DNA of 64,000 bases from Eledone cirrhosa (GCA_964016885.1 OZ024764.1:25668001-25732000); one strand, 5' to 3'; positions 41,411-55,817 are shown, numbered from the stretch's first letter. Notes: generated by a model not told the origin, from the letters alone. Program-made: numbers and translations.

Positions 41411-42294
41411 CTATAGAGGATTAGCGATGATGCACTCGGAGAGGCTTTGGGCCTCGACGAAATCGAACTGATCAGTCTGTTCTGGAGGGCTTTCGAGCCG
41501 GGAATAATGGACAACTTCCAGAAATCCCTCGCTTGGCAGTGCCCCCTGGTTGCACTGCCAGTTCAAGATAAATTCTACAGGCACGGAAGCGCTGTGAGAC
41601 GGACCTGCCCGAGATGCGCACAGAAACCGTTCTGCATGCACTTGTCCAATGTCTGTGCATTACCGACTTAGTTATGTCGAACAGCTACTGTCATGTGTAG
41701 AACGGATCTGGCTATCAGCTGAGTCAATAGTGAAGATCGATCCGCCGCCTTCCTTTGGCTAGGAAGGGCAAGCAATTTTCCTCTGTCTGGTGGCAGTTGC
41801 GAAAGAGGTTATATGGTGGACCAGATTGAAAGGACTGAAGACAGACACTTTTTTCTTTAGCCAATCCCTCATCAACTTCTTCAAGTTTCACCTGGAAAGG
41901 AAGGTGAGGGTGGAGAGAGAAGTGCTGCCCCCCAGTACATCTGCTAAAAGGTGGGTGAATGTGGCGAGAATAGCCGTGTAAGTGGGCCTACTCTGACCAT
42001 GCGCCTATAGGCTGGTTAATTTGAGGAGGAGAGGGGTACCCTCCCCAGGTGCCCTAGAAGCACAGGCTGGGTCAGTATTGGTGGGGTACGTGAGTCACCC
42101 CTCCCCCCCCCTATTGGGGAATTTATTTTGTTATATTTATGCATAGTTTATTTTATATATTTTTATATAGTTTTATATATTTTTTAAATTAGTGTTCCCA
42201 TTGTGCACTTTTACTCGACCTTATTGTAAACCCCCCACTGTCCCTTTCTTTGTATTGTCCCCTACATGTCGGCCCTTGTGGCCAATAAATGAAA

Positions 42295-42295
<1 letters not shown>
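41411..42295 (+). mobile_element. L1/Tx1 3' fragment
   Basis: MDNFQKSLAWQC, CPRC, VAVAKEVIWWTRLKGLK, matching ORF2 at 63640-64000; aataaa at end. Confidence 0.85.
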
Positions 42296-42327
<32 letters not shown>

Positions 42328-42328
42328 G

Positions 42329-42511
42329 GGCGGTGAATTGGCAGTATCAGTAGAGGGTCGGGCGCTATGCTTTGCAGCATAGTTACGTCCCTTTACGGAC
42401 TGAGTTCAAATCCCGCCGAGGTTAACTTTGCCTTTCATCCTTACGGGGTCGATAGAATAAAGTACCAGTAATGCACTGGGTAATTGCTGGCCTTGTGCCA
42501 AAAGTAGAAAC
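42329..42511 (+). mobile_element. tRNA-derived SINE (same family as 11716)
   Basis: A/B boxes and Deu/Nin-like domain; sits within (TTA)n. Confidence 0.88.
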
Positions 42512-42825
42512 AATTATTATTATTATTATTGTGTAAATTCTGATAAAGAGGTTATTAAAATTTTAAATTAATATTTTTAAAAAGACATTTATCCTCACCA
42601 GCTCCCCTCCCACTCACACACACACATACATACATATTTTTAAAAAACATTTATCATCATCCTGCCCCCCCCCCCCTCAACACACATACACACACAAAAC
42701 AGCCCCTAAATAGATGGAATCCTTTCATCTTTCTAATGAACATTTCCTTATCTGTGATTAGATCTTGCAATCCAGTGGACAAGAAATAACACCAGCTTCC
42801 ACACTAATTATATATGTAATTAATC

Positions 42826-42875
<50 letters not shown>

Positions 42876-42998
42876 TCATATATAGGTGTGTGTGTGCATG
42901 TGTAAATATACATATTTGTATACACATCCCACCCTTGCAAGCAGGCAAAAGCGGACGTAAAATGATGATGATGATGATGATGATGATGTGTGTTTATG

Positions 42999-43045
<47 letters not shown>

Positions 43046-43058
43046 ATATATATATGTG

Positions 43059-43103
<45 letters not shown>

Positions 43104-43765
43104 CCAAAGATTAATATGGCTCATTGATTACTCAATGAATATAGTTTTACAATAGATTAAAAGCACTCTACAAATAAGTTTTTAACCAAATACAAAAGAT
43201 ATTAAAAAATTTCATGGTATTTAATTGGTCGCTTCTATTTGAGTTAATATTTGAAAACAACCGTCACAAATCATGTCTCTTTCTTCCTTCTTTCTTTCTT
43301 TCTTTCTTTCCTTTTTGCAGTTACGTCTTTACTCTTCTCTCTTCTATCTCTATCTCTCCTTCTTCTCTCTTCTTCTTTTTTCTCTTCTATTTATCTATCT
43401 CTCTTTTTCTTCCCTAACACGTATATTTACACATTTAAATATTTATATATGTATGTATTTATCTATTTCTTCTTACATTTCCTCACACTCACCCCCTCCT
43501 TATACCTATATCTCGCTCCACATCTTCTTCTTCATCATATTTAAGTTTATCATGTTATTATTTGTGGTATATAAATATTGAGATTTGTTGTAATAAATCA
43601 CTGCCAACACTGGAATTGAACCATCAGTACAGTTGAGGTATGTCAAAGCAATTCATGTATTTTATATGACGAGGTCGTACTGAAAAAACAGCACAGTACC
43701 TCGGAAATATATATAATAAAACATATATTTTGATTATGTGAACGTCTTCATTTATTAATATTCTG

Positions 43766-43830
<65 letters not shown>

Positions 43831-44045
43831 GTCTATGATACATGTGTGTATATATAATTTTTTAAATATCATGTGTATATATATCTATGTGTGTATGTGA
43901 TGAAAGAAAATACCTTCACAATTATTTATATTAATTTTAAAATTTTATTATATAAAAATGAATACATATTTCCTTTTTGAAATTTTTTTCATATATATCA
44001 GCATTATCATCATTTAACATTTACTTTCCCTACTAGAAAGGGTTA

Positions 44046-44094
<49 letters not shown>

Positions 44095-44098
<4 letters not shown>

Positions 44099-46172
44099 TC
44101 ATCATCATTTTACGTCCGCTTTTCCCTGCTTGCAAGGGTGGGAGGGGTCCTATTCACCACAGCATCTCTCCACTTGTCATGGTCCTTCGTCATCTCCACC
44201 GTGAGCTTCAATGATCTGAGGTCTGTTCTCACCACCTCCGTCCATCTTTTTCGTGGTCTACCTCTACCACGTGTTCCTTCAACTGGCATTTCCTGGCACT
44301 TCTTCACCCATCGGTCATCCTCCATGCGCATCACATGTCCATACCACCTCAGTCCCCTCTCCCGTACACTACATTCTATCCCTCTCAGACACAGTTTCTC
44401 TCTCAATACATTTATGCTGGGTCGTTCACGCACATTTACACTGCACATCCAACGGAGCATGCTTGCCTCATTTCTCTCCAGCCGTCGCATATCCTCTGCA
44501 GTTGCTGCCTATGTCTCACTACCATGCAGCATCACGCTCCTCACACAGGCATCATACAACCCGCCTTTCGTGCGCAGGGAGAAACCCTTCTTCATCAGCA
44601 GAGGAAGCAGCTCCCTAAACTTCTTCCAACCCGTCCTTATTCTTGATACTATGGCCTCGGACCCCCTCCCCCCTCCCATGCTAATCTGATCTCCTAGGTA
44701 CCGGAAGCCATACACCCCTATTATAGCACCCGCCTGCATTTGAAAAATGTGTCTATCAATGCGGCTTCTACTGTCTAATTTCCCTGTACTTCTACTGCAT
44801 ACGTATTTCTCCCTACCTGTTAGTTTGGCTGCTATCCCGCTACATCTCTTGTGTACCCAGGATCTGCATTGTGTGCATTTTAAAGAATTTATGCCAGTTC
44901 CTTTTCTGCATATCGAACATGGCCATTTCCCTGGTGGAATCAGAGTTTTGTCCTCTTTTCTACTCATCAACACTTTAGTCTTAGCTAGGTTCACTCTCAG
45001 TCCTCTTGATTCCAACTGCTGTTTCCATAGCCAGAATTTATTCTCTAGCTCCTCTATTGATTTTGCTATAAGAACCAGATCGTCAGCATAGAGAAGTTCC
45101 CATGGACAGCCAGTCTTAAACTCCTCTGTTGTGGCTTGGAGGACTATAATGAACAAGAGCGGGCTGAGGACCGAACCTTGATGTACTCCTACTTGTATCT
45201 GGAATTCCTCACTAAACTCCATTCCTACCCTGACTTCACTGACAGCACCGCTGTACAAAGTTTGCACTGTCCTCACAAGCCATTCGTCAACACCTAGTTT
45301 CCTTAGGAACAGATTGAGGTACCCTATCAAAGGCCTTCTCTAGGCTAAGTATAGTGGCTTATTCTTCTCTAAGAACCTCTCTTGTAATTGTCTCACCAAG
45401 AAGAGGGCATCTGTTGTACTCTTCCCAGGCACAAAACCAAACTGCATCTCATCTAGTTTGACCCTTTCTTTAATTAGATATGTTAATATCCTTTCTGCCA
45501 CTTTCATAACCTGATCTATCAGTTTTATGCCCCTATAATTGCTCCTCTCCAGAGCATCCCCTTTACCTTTGTAGCAATTTATGAGAATACTGCTGCACCA
45601 GTCTTTGGGTATGACACCACCATATATAGCCTGATTGATGATGCGTGCGACCAGTTTAGTGCCTACGTGCCCTGATGCCTTCAGCATCTCAGCAACTATC
45701 CCCGGCAGTCCAGCAGCCTTACCATTTTTCATTTCCTTAATCGCCTCTTGGACCCTATATTCGTCAATCTCAATAGCTGGTCCCTCTGTCGGATCTGCTG
45801 AGGGTAATTTCTCTCTCTCCCATTCGTTCTCCACATTCATCAGTCTCTCATAATGACATTTCCAGACCTCCTTTTTCTGATCATTCGTGACACTAAGTAC
45901 ACCGGGATCATCCCGGACACATTTATCTCCAACAACATCCTGATTTGCATTGACACACTGCCTTGCAATGTGGAACACTGCACGCCTCTGATCTTCCCGT
46001 CGCAGAATATTGGTAAACCTCCTACTCTCAGCCTCCCTGCGTGCTAAGTACACCTGACGTCTAGCTTCTCTCTTAGCGGCTGTATATTCTTCCCTACTCC
46101 CACCCTTTTGCCAAGCCTGCCATGCTAGTCTTTTGTCTCTAATAGCACTATCTACCGTGCTGTTCCACCACC
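44095..46172 (-). mobile_element. RTE LINE, 5'-truncated, RT with Cys-rich PHD-like insert
   Basis: NYRGIKL, QFGF, GVHQGSVLSP, YADD, CSIC..CTQC..WVHKRC, RGRGRPRK; (GAT)n tail. Confidence 0.92.
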
Positions 46173-46174
46173 AC

Positions 46175-46400
46175 TAAATCGAAGAGGCCGACGTCTCGGT
46201 ATAAACCTCCGGTTAGGCCAGTAAAGAGGTTCTTCGGGTGATGTAAAATGTACAAGCCCACAAGGTCGCTAATTTCAGCCGAGTCACTCGCTCCCATGCT
46301 GACGTCAAATGGAGTCTGATACTTCTTGTTACTCCAGTAAGATCCATCGTGGTATAGAAAGGTCTTACAGGCGTGGAGGATAACAACCTGCTCAGCATCG
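46175..46400 (-). mobile_element. PLE RT fragment similar to 39160-39375
   Basis: LHACKTFL...FDVSMGASDSAEI..GLYRD. Confidence 0.7.
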
Positions 46401-46404
46401 GTAA

Positions 46405-46440
<36 letters not shown>

Positions 46441-47084
46441 GAAAAAGTGGAGAATAACATGGTCAGCAGTACAAAAAAGGGGATTTATTTTCAGTTTAAC
46501 AATTGTTTCACTGATAGAGTTGTCTAAAAATTGCTGAACACTAAAAACAGTGCCACTCAATTTTAAATACGATGTTAACTCTACTAGATCATCGGAAACT
46601 GTTAAAAATATATATATGTAACCGGCAAATTTACAAATTCAAATTACATCATCAATAATAATATTAATAATAAAGATATAAAGAGAGAACAGGAGGAAGA
46701 AAGGGAGAAATTAATTAATTAGTTTTAAGTCGACATAAATCGGCGACTAAATGTGAGAACTTTAGACCAGCTTAATTCCATCTTATCTATTCCATAACCC
46801 AGATTGTACCACTTGAATCTATTATGATATCACATTATCAACATAATCATCATTTTAATTATAATTATAATTATAATTGTCATCATCTATCAAAGAATAA
46901 CATCAAAACCTCTTATATTTACATTCTTATTTTATATATCTCTATTTTTCACTCTTTATGTTAATATTTCTCCCCCTAAATTTATTTCATCTCTGTCATT
47001 TTATTTTATCATATAATATAACTTAAAACTAATTAATTTATTTATTTATTAAAATAACCAATACACACATAAATATATTTAACA

Positions 47085-47974
47085 CTAGCAGTAAAGCCCG
47101 GCGTTGCTCGGGGTCGCTCAGTAGCTGTGTTAAAGTTACAATGTTAAGTTTCTTTCTTGGCTTAAAAACTGTAGTGTCTACTGTGCAGACTTGCATGTGG
47201 TGTTTTTGATTAATATTCCCTCAACCAACAATATGCCTTATGAAGTTAAGAAAACATAACGATAACCCGAATGTTATAACAAAAGAGGATGCTGGGGATA
47301 GAAACTGCACTGGTTATTTATTAACAAAGATCGAAAATGTAAACACTGCAACGCAGAGAAAAACATTAGCGTAACCAAATTATCAGTTATGTCTGTCTGC
47401 ACGCCTATATCACCTCTCTGCACGACTGTCTGTCTGCACGCCTATATCACCTCTCTGCACGACTGTCTGTCTGCACGCCTATATCACCTCTCTGCACGAC
47501 TGTCTGTCTGCACGCGTATATCACCTCTCTGCACGACTGTCTGTCTGCACGCCTAACGACGAAATATTTGCTTGTTTTACGTAGTCTTTAAATAGACTTG
47601 TTTTCAAGTAAAAATATTGTTTTAAAATGCTTTTAAATGGAAATGAAGCAAAACGGAAGCTTAGTGTTCGAACTGATGAATTTTGCAGGTCTGTCATTTT
47701 AAACGCTGAGAAAGCCAGCGTAATTTTTTACGTAAGACGCTCAATGTAAACAGAACAAAGGGAAATAACTGATAACTTACGCTCAAAAATCGATACATTA
47801 TATTCGATTTCGTCACATAGGGTGGGTCAATTTGAAATATTTTTTTCCGATGTCTTCGCTAGGGCTCAATGTACAAGTATAGCAATTTCGATGCAATTCC
47901 GTGAGAGATTCTAAGAGGAGATGTGTGCCAAAAATCGATAGACAGACAGACAACCACAGTTTTATATATATAGA
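47085..47974 (-). mobile_element. Non-autonomous Helitron (copy of 28381-29161) with expanded internal ~38-bp minisatellite
   Basis: TC...CTAG termini in an A|T target; 3' hairpin. Confidence 0.92.
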
Positions 47975-48455
47975 TTATCATATTTTCACCATTTTTTCAT
48001 ATATTTTTTATATATCTATTTTTATTTCTATTTACATTTATTCATGCATTAACGTTTATTCATCTATTTGTCCCTCTATTCTTCTCTCTATCCTACGTTA
48101 TTTTTACTTATGTTTGTTTCTCATCTATATACCATCATCTTCTATATATCTTCCTCTCTTTATATTTCTATCAATAATAATTTCTCTTTTTCTTCTTCTT
48201 TCTCTTTTTCTTTTTCCTTGAAGTTCTAGTTAAACTTTAATTGGTTACCAACCTAGCTGTGTGTGCTTACACACTTTACAAATTATTCCCTGTGATTGTT
48301 TCATATGTTTATTTCAGATATATATATATGGCAATCAATTTCTAGTTGATATAAAATGCTAGGACCTATTCATTGGAATCTTTGAGCATATTCTGCAGTG
48401 GATATACCGCATGTCTCTCAGACATGACATCCTTAATTTAATTTAATTTTGGATA

Positions 48456-51400
48456 TCTAAATATATAAAACTGAGGTTGTCTGTCTGTCTGTCTACTAAA
48501 ACGGTCGGCACACATCTCCTCCTAAACCCTACGTTCAAATTTCGGTGACATTGCTACACTTATAGATGAAAGTCCGGCGGAGACATCGGTCAAAAACATT
48601 TTCAAATAGACCCACACCAAGTGCAAAAATCGAATTTGTAATGTATTGATTTTTCAGTTCAAATGTATAAATAGAGATGAGAGACGAGTTATTTCCCTTT
48701 TATGGCGCCATTCTGTTTATCTATTTACGTTACGAATAAACGACACGTGCAAAAGTACAAAAATACGCGAACAGTTTTCGAACCAGCAAAATTTTAACCT
48801 GCAAAATTCATGAGTTCGAAGTTTCAACATTAAGCTTCCATTTTGCTTCATTTCCATTAAAAAGTCTTTTAAAACAATATTTTTACTTGAAAACAAGCCT
48901 ATTTGAATACACGGAAAACAAGCAAATATTTTGTAAAATAAGCATTGATGTCGAATAAAGTCTTATGAGATTTTCATTTAGAAGCAATGATTTTAAACGA
49001 CGGACAGTCGTGCAGAGAGGTGATATAGGCGATAAAGTTGTACAGACAGGCAGTCGTGCAGAGAGGTGATATAGGCGATAAAGTTGTGCAGACAGACAGT
49101 CGAGCAGAGTGTTGATATAGGCGATAAAGTTGTGCAGACAGACAGTCAAGTGCATCAAATACATATGTAAGTATGTTAATAAGGGGTCTGACGCTGCTTC
49201 GTTCGGTATACTCAAGGAAAAAAATAGAGACGAAGTAACGCAATTCCAAGTAGGGCGCTACATAAGTAGTAGCGAGGGATTTTGGCAAATCTTCGGTTTT
49301 CCAATACATGATAGGCACTCTTCAATTGTAAAATTAGATGTACACCTGGAACATGGTCAACGGATGTACTATACCAACAAAAATGCCGCTGAATTGGCAC
49401 AGACCCCAAGGGAGACAACTTTAACTGGATTTTTCAAACTGCGCGAATACGATGACTTCTCAAAATCATTGCTGTATCCTCAGGTGTCATCATACTACAC
49501 AAGGAATAAAAAAAAACATGGAGTCGCAGAAAGACTGGCCAACCGGTTATTGGAGTTCCTGGGATCAAATTCACTAATTGCTTGGTTCGAGTGTATACGA
49601 TTCCTCCAAATCAACACGAGTGCTTCTATCTTCGAATGCTACTGCATGAGGTCAAAGGACCGACCAGTTTTCAGGAGTTCAGTACTTTCGGTAATCGTGT
49701 TTGGTCTACATACAGAGATGCCTGTTTGGCTCGTGGAATGCTTGAAGATGACTCACAATGGGATGCAACCTTGGCGGAGATCGCTTCATCACACTCAGCT
49801 GGAAGCCTACGAGAGCTCTTTGCAAAGCTCTTCACTTATGTAACATTTGTGATCCCTACACATTATGGTTGAAGTTTCGGAACCAACTGTCTGAGGACTT
49901 CCTGCACCAGGCTCAACTACTACTTCTTGACATAGAAGTAGATTTCAGTGATGATTTATACAATAAAGGGCTTATAGACATAGAGGACAGGATTTTCCTT
50001 ATGGGTGGGAATGCCACAAACCCACCGCACTGATTCTAATAAAATTCCAACTCTCATCATCCAAAAAACATCTTATGATGTCGATACTCTAGCTAGATAT
50101 GTGTTTGAAATGGAACCAAAACTACTTCCCGATCAGCAATTTGCATACAACACTATCACCGACTATGTATTTCATCGATCGGGTGGTATCTTCTTTCTTG
50201 ATGCCCCTGGAGGCACTGGAAAAACCTTTGTTACTAAACTTCTTCTTGCCAAAGTTCGACAGAATGAAGTTATCGCAATAGCCGTTACATCATCCGGTAT
50301 TGCAGCAACACTACTTCCTGGCGGCAGGACAGCACACTCTACCTTTAAGCTTCCGATTAACTTAGTATCAGCTGAAACACCGCTCTGTGACATCACCAAG
50401 GATAGTCCGAGAGCAGAACTCTACGACGGTGGCAACTGATTGTGTGGGATGAATGTACCATGGCTCACAAAGGAGATATTGAGGCCTTAGATAGAACACT
50501 GAAAGACATTAGAGACCATCAGGAGACCATGGAGGGGGTGTAACTCTTTTGCTTTCAAGGGACTTTCGACAAACGTTGCCGGTTATTCGAAAGGGCACCA
50601 GAGCGGATCAAGTTCGGGCCTGCCTGAAGTCTTCTCCATTGTGGCAAGAGGTAATAACACTTCGTCTGACCACTAACATGCGTGTTCAACTGCATGGCGA
50701 TACTGTGTCTGAAATATTTGCTGAAGACCTTCTCATTCTTGGCAACGGCAAAGTACCTTCAGATGTGTATGGAGACATTGCACTCGACAATATATGCTGT
50801 CTGGTTAACACTGTCGAAGATCTCAAGGCAGCCGTTTTTCCTAACTTGGCAGATAATTACCGCAATCATACATGGCTGTGTGAGAGGGCTATATTAGCTC
50901 CTACAAATGTCACTGTCTCCGCCATTAATCGCCAAATGCTTGAAAGTCTTCAATTCATTGGATATTCCCGGTCTACCTCAACATATTTTGTTTCTCAAGG
51001 AAGGATGTCCAGTTATACTTCTCACAAATATAACCCCTCCAAATCTTTGCAATGGTACACGTCTTGTTGTCAATAGGATGTCACAGCACATTATTTATGC
51101 TACGAATATGTCGGGGTGTGGAAAAGGAGAAGATGTTTTAATACCTACGGTAACTCTTACTACATTTCCCCTTCGTGCTGCCTTTGCTATGTCCATCAAC
51201 AAGTCCCAGGGTCAGACTTTATCTGTGGCAGGACTTCACCTGGCGGAGCCATGTTTTTCACATGGACAATTCTACGTTAGATGTTCTCGAGTTGGCAGCC
51301 GGAACAACCTCTTTGCTTTTGCTCCAAACGGAAAAACAAAGAATATTGTATACTGTGAGGGTTTATAGGGTTTTTGGGGTTCAAAACAGCAATGTTACAC

Positions 51401-52151
51401 CGACTCCCTTAAATATATAGCGTCTACGAAACCTGTATTCAACAGCGATACAGTGCATTCTTTGACACCTAGGCCTCTGAAATCGATGCTTTCGATTGAT
51501 AAGGACGCTGACAAGTCCGGCGTTTAATACATAGACACACACAACTTGGCGCATACATACAAAGATTGTTCCCGTCATTTCTTTCATTGTTTCAATATAC
51601 ATTCCAACCTAGACAACACGCAGCAACAGCATTTCTGGTGTGTCGAAGTAAACTTTCGTCATCATTCTCAATTGCATGTGAAGATGCAATGGAAGCAGCA
51701 TTTCTGTTTTGTTGATTTCAGCGATTCTTTTTGGTGAATATGGCTTTTGCTGCATCTGTCCATTTCGCATGCTGTGGCTGTCTATAATCTGCCCGTCAAA
51801 CTCACCATGGGTATGTTATCAGCTCTTCATAGTTTATACTTAAACATCTACGCTATGACATTGTCAATATTTTTTATCACAGGTGCGAACCTCTTTGATG
51901 CTGCCTGCCCCCTCGACTTCGGATAACGTATTTTTCTTTTGGTTTTCATGTCCATCCAATTTCTGTATTTCAAAATAACTGATAGTTTGGTTACGCTGAT
52001 GTTTTTTCTCTGAGACAAGTGTTGCATTGTTTACACTTTCGATTTTTGTTAATAGATTACCAGAGCAGTTTTTATCCCCAGCATCCTCTTTTGTTGTAAC
52101 ATTCGGGTTATGGTTTTGTTTTCTTAACTTCATAAGGCATACTGTTGGTTG
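48456..52151 (+). mobile_element. Helitron with RepHel remnant; 3' end lost in assembly gap
   Basis: 5' TC head and 52000-52151 segment homologous to the non-autonomous copies. Confidence 0.88.
49140..51368 (+). pseudogene. Helitron RepHel: end of Rep domain + Pif1-like helicase, frameshifted
   Basis: KYICKYVNKG, DAPGGTGKT, GGRTAHS, WDECTM, DFRQTLPV, LCNGTRL, AMSINKSQGQT, FSHGQ. Confidence 0.93.
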
Positions 52152-52351
52152 NNNNNNNNNNNNNNNNNNNNNNNNNNNNNNNNNNNNNNNNNNNNNNNNN
52201 NNNNNNNNNNNNNNNNNNNNNNNNNNNNNNNNNNNNNNNNNNNNNNNNNNNNNNNNNNNNNNNNNNNNNNNNNNNNNNNNNNNNNNNNNNNNNNNNNNNN
52301 NNNNNNNNNNNNNNNNNNNNNNNNNNNNNNNNNNNNNNNNNNNNNNNNNNN
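52152..52351. other. Assembly gap (200 N)
   Basis: Run of N. Confidence 1.
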
Positions 52352-52955
52352 TATAGGTATATTTCATTTTAATCAAAGGGTTCCCCGGGGGTTCAATCCT
52401 CCCATCCCCCGCTGAGAACCCCGCTTACTTTTTTTTCTTCGATTTATATGAAATTTAAACCATAGGTAAATGACAAGATATGATGCCTATTCACAAAAAT
52501 TTCACGAACTCCTCCTATGGTTTTAGAGATAGACCCCCATAACTATATATATTCTGAAACTACATTGCCCAGGGTACTTGGATAAGTATATTTAATTTTA
52601 ATCAAAGAATTCCCCGGGGCACAAAACGCCTGCTGAAAATTTTTCCCCTTCAATTTATACGAAATTTAAACCATGGGTAAATGACAAGATATGATGCCTA
52701 TTCACAAAATTTCAGCAATGAAACCCCTTAATGGGGGTTCTATTTATTTCCTTAACTTCTCTGACAAACATTTTTTTCACCTGACTAATGCAATCAACAA
52801 TATTTGTTTGTATTATTGTTTCGTAAATGAATTTGTCTTCGCTTTTGATTATTTGTCCTATATTTTGATTTCATTTTTGGTCTGAGAGGCATTGGGCTAT
52901 TTAATGGGGACTGGGAATACCCCTGCTGCCGGGTATTACCGGGTACCTCAGCTAG
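52352..52955 (+). mobile_element. Helitron 3' portion (possibly a different family)
   Basis: GC-rich hairpin-like gccgggtattaccgggtacc followed by CTAG|T; internal ~200-bp direct duplication. Confidence 0.6.
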
Positions 52956-53014
52956 TATATATATATATATATAAATACATGTGTATATATGTATATACAA
53001 ATACATAAATACAT

Positions 53015-53124
53015 GTGGCTGATTGGTTAGAGAACTGGATTCACAATCCTGAGGTTGTCGGTTTGATTCCCGGACCGGGCGATGCGTTATGTCCTTGAGC
53101 AAGACACTTTATTTCACGTTGCTC
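53015..53124 (+). mobile_element. tRNA-derived SINE head with conserved gtccttgagcaagacact domain
   Basis: A-box tggctgattggttag, B-box-like ggtttgattcc. Confidence 0.7.
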
Positions 53125-53231
53125 CTACCTGGAGTTGCGACCGATAGATAGTATTAGCATTTGGAAAAACCACCGGAAACATTGTTTCCTTGGTCCGGTT
53201 TGACGAAAGTTGATCAAAAAGGAATATATAT

Positions 53232-54400
53232 ACTTAGCTTTTGTTGACCTAGAGAAGGCCTTTGATAGGGTACCCCAATCTGTCATCTGATAGTCCCTAA
53301 GGAAACTAGGTGTAGAGGAATGGCTTGTGAGGACAGTGCAAGCTATGTACAGAGGTACTGTCAGTAAAGTCAGGGTAGGAATGGAGTTTAGTGAGGAATT
53401 CGAGATACAAGTAGGAGTACATCAGGGTTCGGTCCTCAGCCCACTCTTGTTCATTATAGTCCTCCAAGCCATAACAGAGGAGTTTAAGACTGGCTGTCCA
53501 TGGGAACATCTCTATGCTGACGATCTGGTTCTTATAGCAGAATCAGTAGAGGAGCTAGAGAATAAATTCTGGCTATGGAAACAGCAGTTGGAATCAAGAG
53601 GACTGAGAGTGAACCTAGCTAAGACAAAAGTGTTGATGAGTAGAAGAGAGGACAAAACTCTGATTCCATCAGGGCCATGTTCGATATGTAGGAAAGGAAC
53701 TGGTATAAATTCCATAAAATGTATGCAATGCAGATCTTGGGTACACAAGAGATGTAGTGGGATAGCAGGCAAACTAACAGGTAGGGAGAACTACGTATGC
53801 AGTAGATGTACAGGGAAAGTTAGCAGTAGTAATCGCAGTGATAGACTCATTTTTCCAATGCAGGTGGGGTCTATAGAAGTGGTTGATAGCTTCCTGTACC
53901 TAGGTGATGAGATTAGCATAGCAGGGGGGTGTTTCGAGGCCTAGTATCTAGAATAAGGACGGGTTGGAAGAAGTTTAGGGAGCTGCTTCCTCTGTTACAA
54001 AGAAGGGTTTCTCCCTGCGTACGAAAGGACGGTTAAAAAATGAAGCAAGTATGTTCCGTTGGATGTGCAATGTCAATGTGCGTGAACGACCAAGCATAGA
54101 CGACTATAAGAGGGATAAGTTGTGGTGTGCAGGAGAGAAGACTGAGATGGTATGGACATGTGATGCGCATGGAGGATGACCGCTGGGTAAAGAAGTGCCA
54201 AGAAATCCCAGTAGATGGAAGATGCAGTAGAGGTAGACCACGAAAAACATGGGCGGAGGTGGTGAGAGCAGACCTCAGATCGCTGAAACTCACCGAGGTG
54301 ATGACGAAGGACCGTGACAAGTGGAGAGCTGATGTGCTGAATAGGACCCGTCCAGCCCTTGCAAGTAGGGAAAAGCGGACGTAAAATTCTCATGATGATG
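53232..54400 (+). mobile_element. RTE LINE fragment (same family as 44095-46172)
   Basis: FVDLEKAFD, QGSVLSP, YADD, PHD-like Cys cluster, (GAT)n tail. Confidence 0.92.
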
Positions 54401-54446
54401 ATACAAACACGCACATATATATGTGTATATATTTATATATATATGT

Positions 54447-55090
54447 CTAAGATGGGTAAAATTCCTGAGATCCATGGACGAGTTCTCTCCAGCGGTCTCT
54501 GTCCCTCATTATTGCTGCCATGTCCTGCGTCTCCAAGAGACCAGTGTCTGTCCTTAGGACATCAATATATGTCAACTTCGGTCTTCCTCTTCCAGTGTAT
54601 CCATGCAGGGTCTCCTGCAGGAGCACTGAGTGCAATATCAACTCTGGATGTTGGTGAGCATGTCCAGCTAACCTCATGTGTATGTATATTCGGTATACAA
54701 CGATGCAATTCACTTCTAGCACTCAGCTCCATATTGCTTCCTAAATGCAAGGATAACGAAGTATATTAATAAAGAGGAAAATGCGAAATTGAAGATGTTA
54801 GGGTCCTTTATTAATTGATCATCATCTGGTGGCCTCAGCTGAAATGGACTCAACAATTGGTATCTATGTCGGTTTGTCGTTCATTGCCGTTGCCAAGTCC
54901 TGTATTTCAACACCAGAATCTCTGGAGATGTCATTGGGGGTAGGAGAGCTTGTGCCCCCTGTTATTAGTGACTGCTTGTGGTGTCCAAAGTACTAATGGG
55001 GACACAGCTTCAGTGGTGGCACCATGGCAGTGGCCAGCAAATCTTACTCTGCTCTTATGTACGACAACAGATATGTGTGGGAGGCCGGCG
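54447..55090 (-). mobile_element. Two decayed RTE-type 3' fragments (54447-54740 and 54820-55090)
   Basis: RLAGH...GRPKLTYID...RDRDRW and RFAGHC...LVLW...DLATAM. Confidence 0.7.
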
Positions 55091-55148
55091 TATATCTCTC
55101 GCAAAGTCAGATGTCACCAGCTTCTGTTCTGAATGTGTTGAAGCAGGG

Positions 55149-55167
55149 GAGTGTAGGTGCCATCAAG

Positions 55168-55233
<66 letters not shown>

Positions 55234-55291
55234 TAGGTGCCATCAAGGTAGTAGTAGTAGTAGTAGTAGTAGTAGTGTAGGTGCCATCAAG

Positions 55292-55333
<42 letters not shown>

Positions 55334-55347
55334 TAGGTGCCATCAAG

Positions 55348-55404
<57 letters not shown>

Positions 55405-55420
55405 TAGGTGCCATCAAGGC

Positions 55421-55475
<55 letters not shown>

Positions 55476-55489
55476 TAGGTGCCATCAAG

Positions 55490-55537
<48 letters not shown>

Positions 55538-55551
55538 TAGGTGCCATCAAG

Positions 55552-55599
<48 letters not shown>

Positions 55600-55613
55600 T
55601 AGGTGCCATCAAG

Positions 55614-55649
<36 letters not shown>

Positions 55650-55665
55650 TAGGTGCCATCAAGGC

Positions 55666-55696
<31 letters not shown>

Positions 55697-55710
55697 TAGG
55701 TGCCATCAAG

Positions 55711-55758
<48 letters not shown>

Positions 55759-55772
55759 TAGGTGCCATCAAG

Positions 55773-55817
<45 letters not shown>

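Noticed and set aside
42329-42420. Possible tRNA gene (A/B boxes)
   Set aside because: No cloverleaf; it is the head of a multi-copy SINE
51864-52415. ORFs spanning X residues
   Set aside because: Artefacts of the 200-N gap
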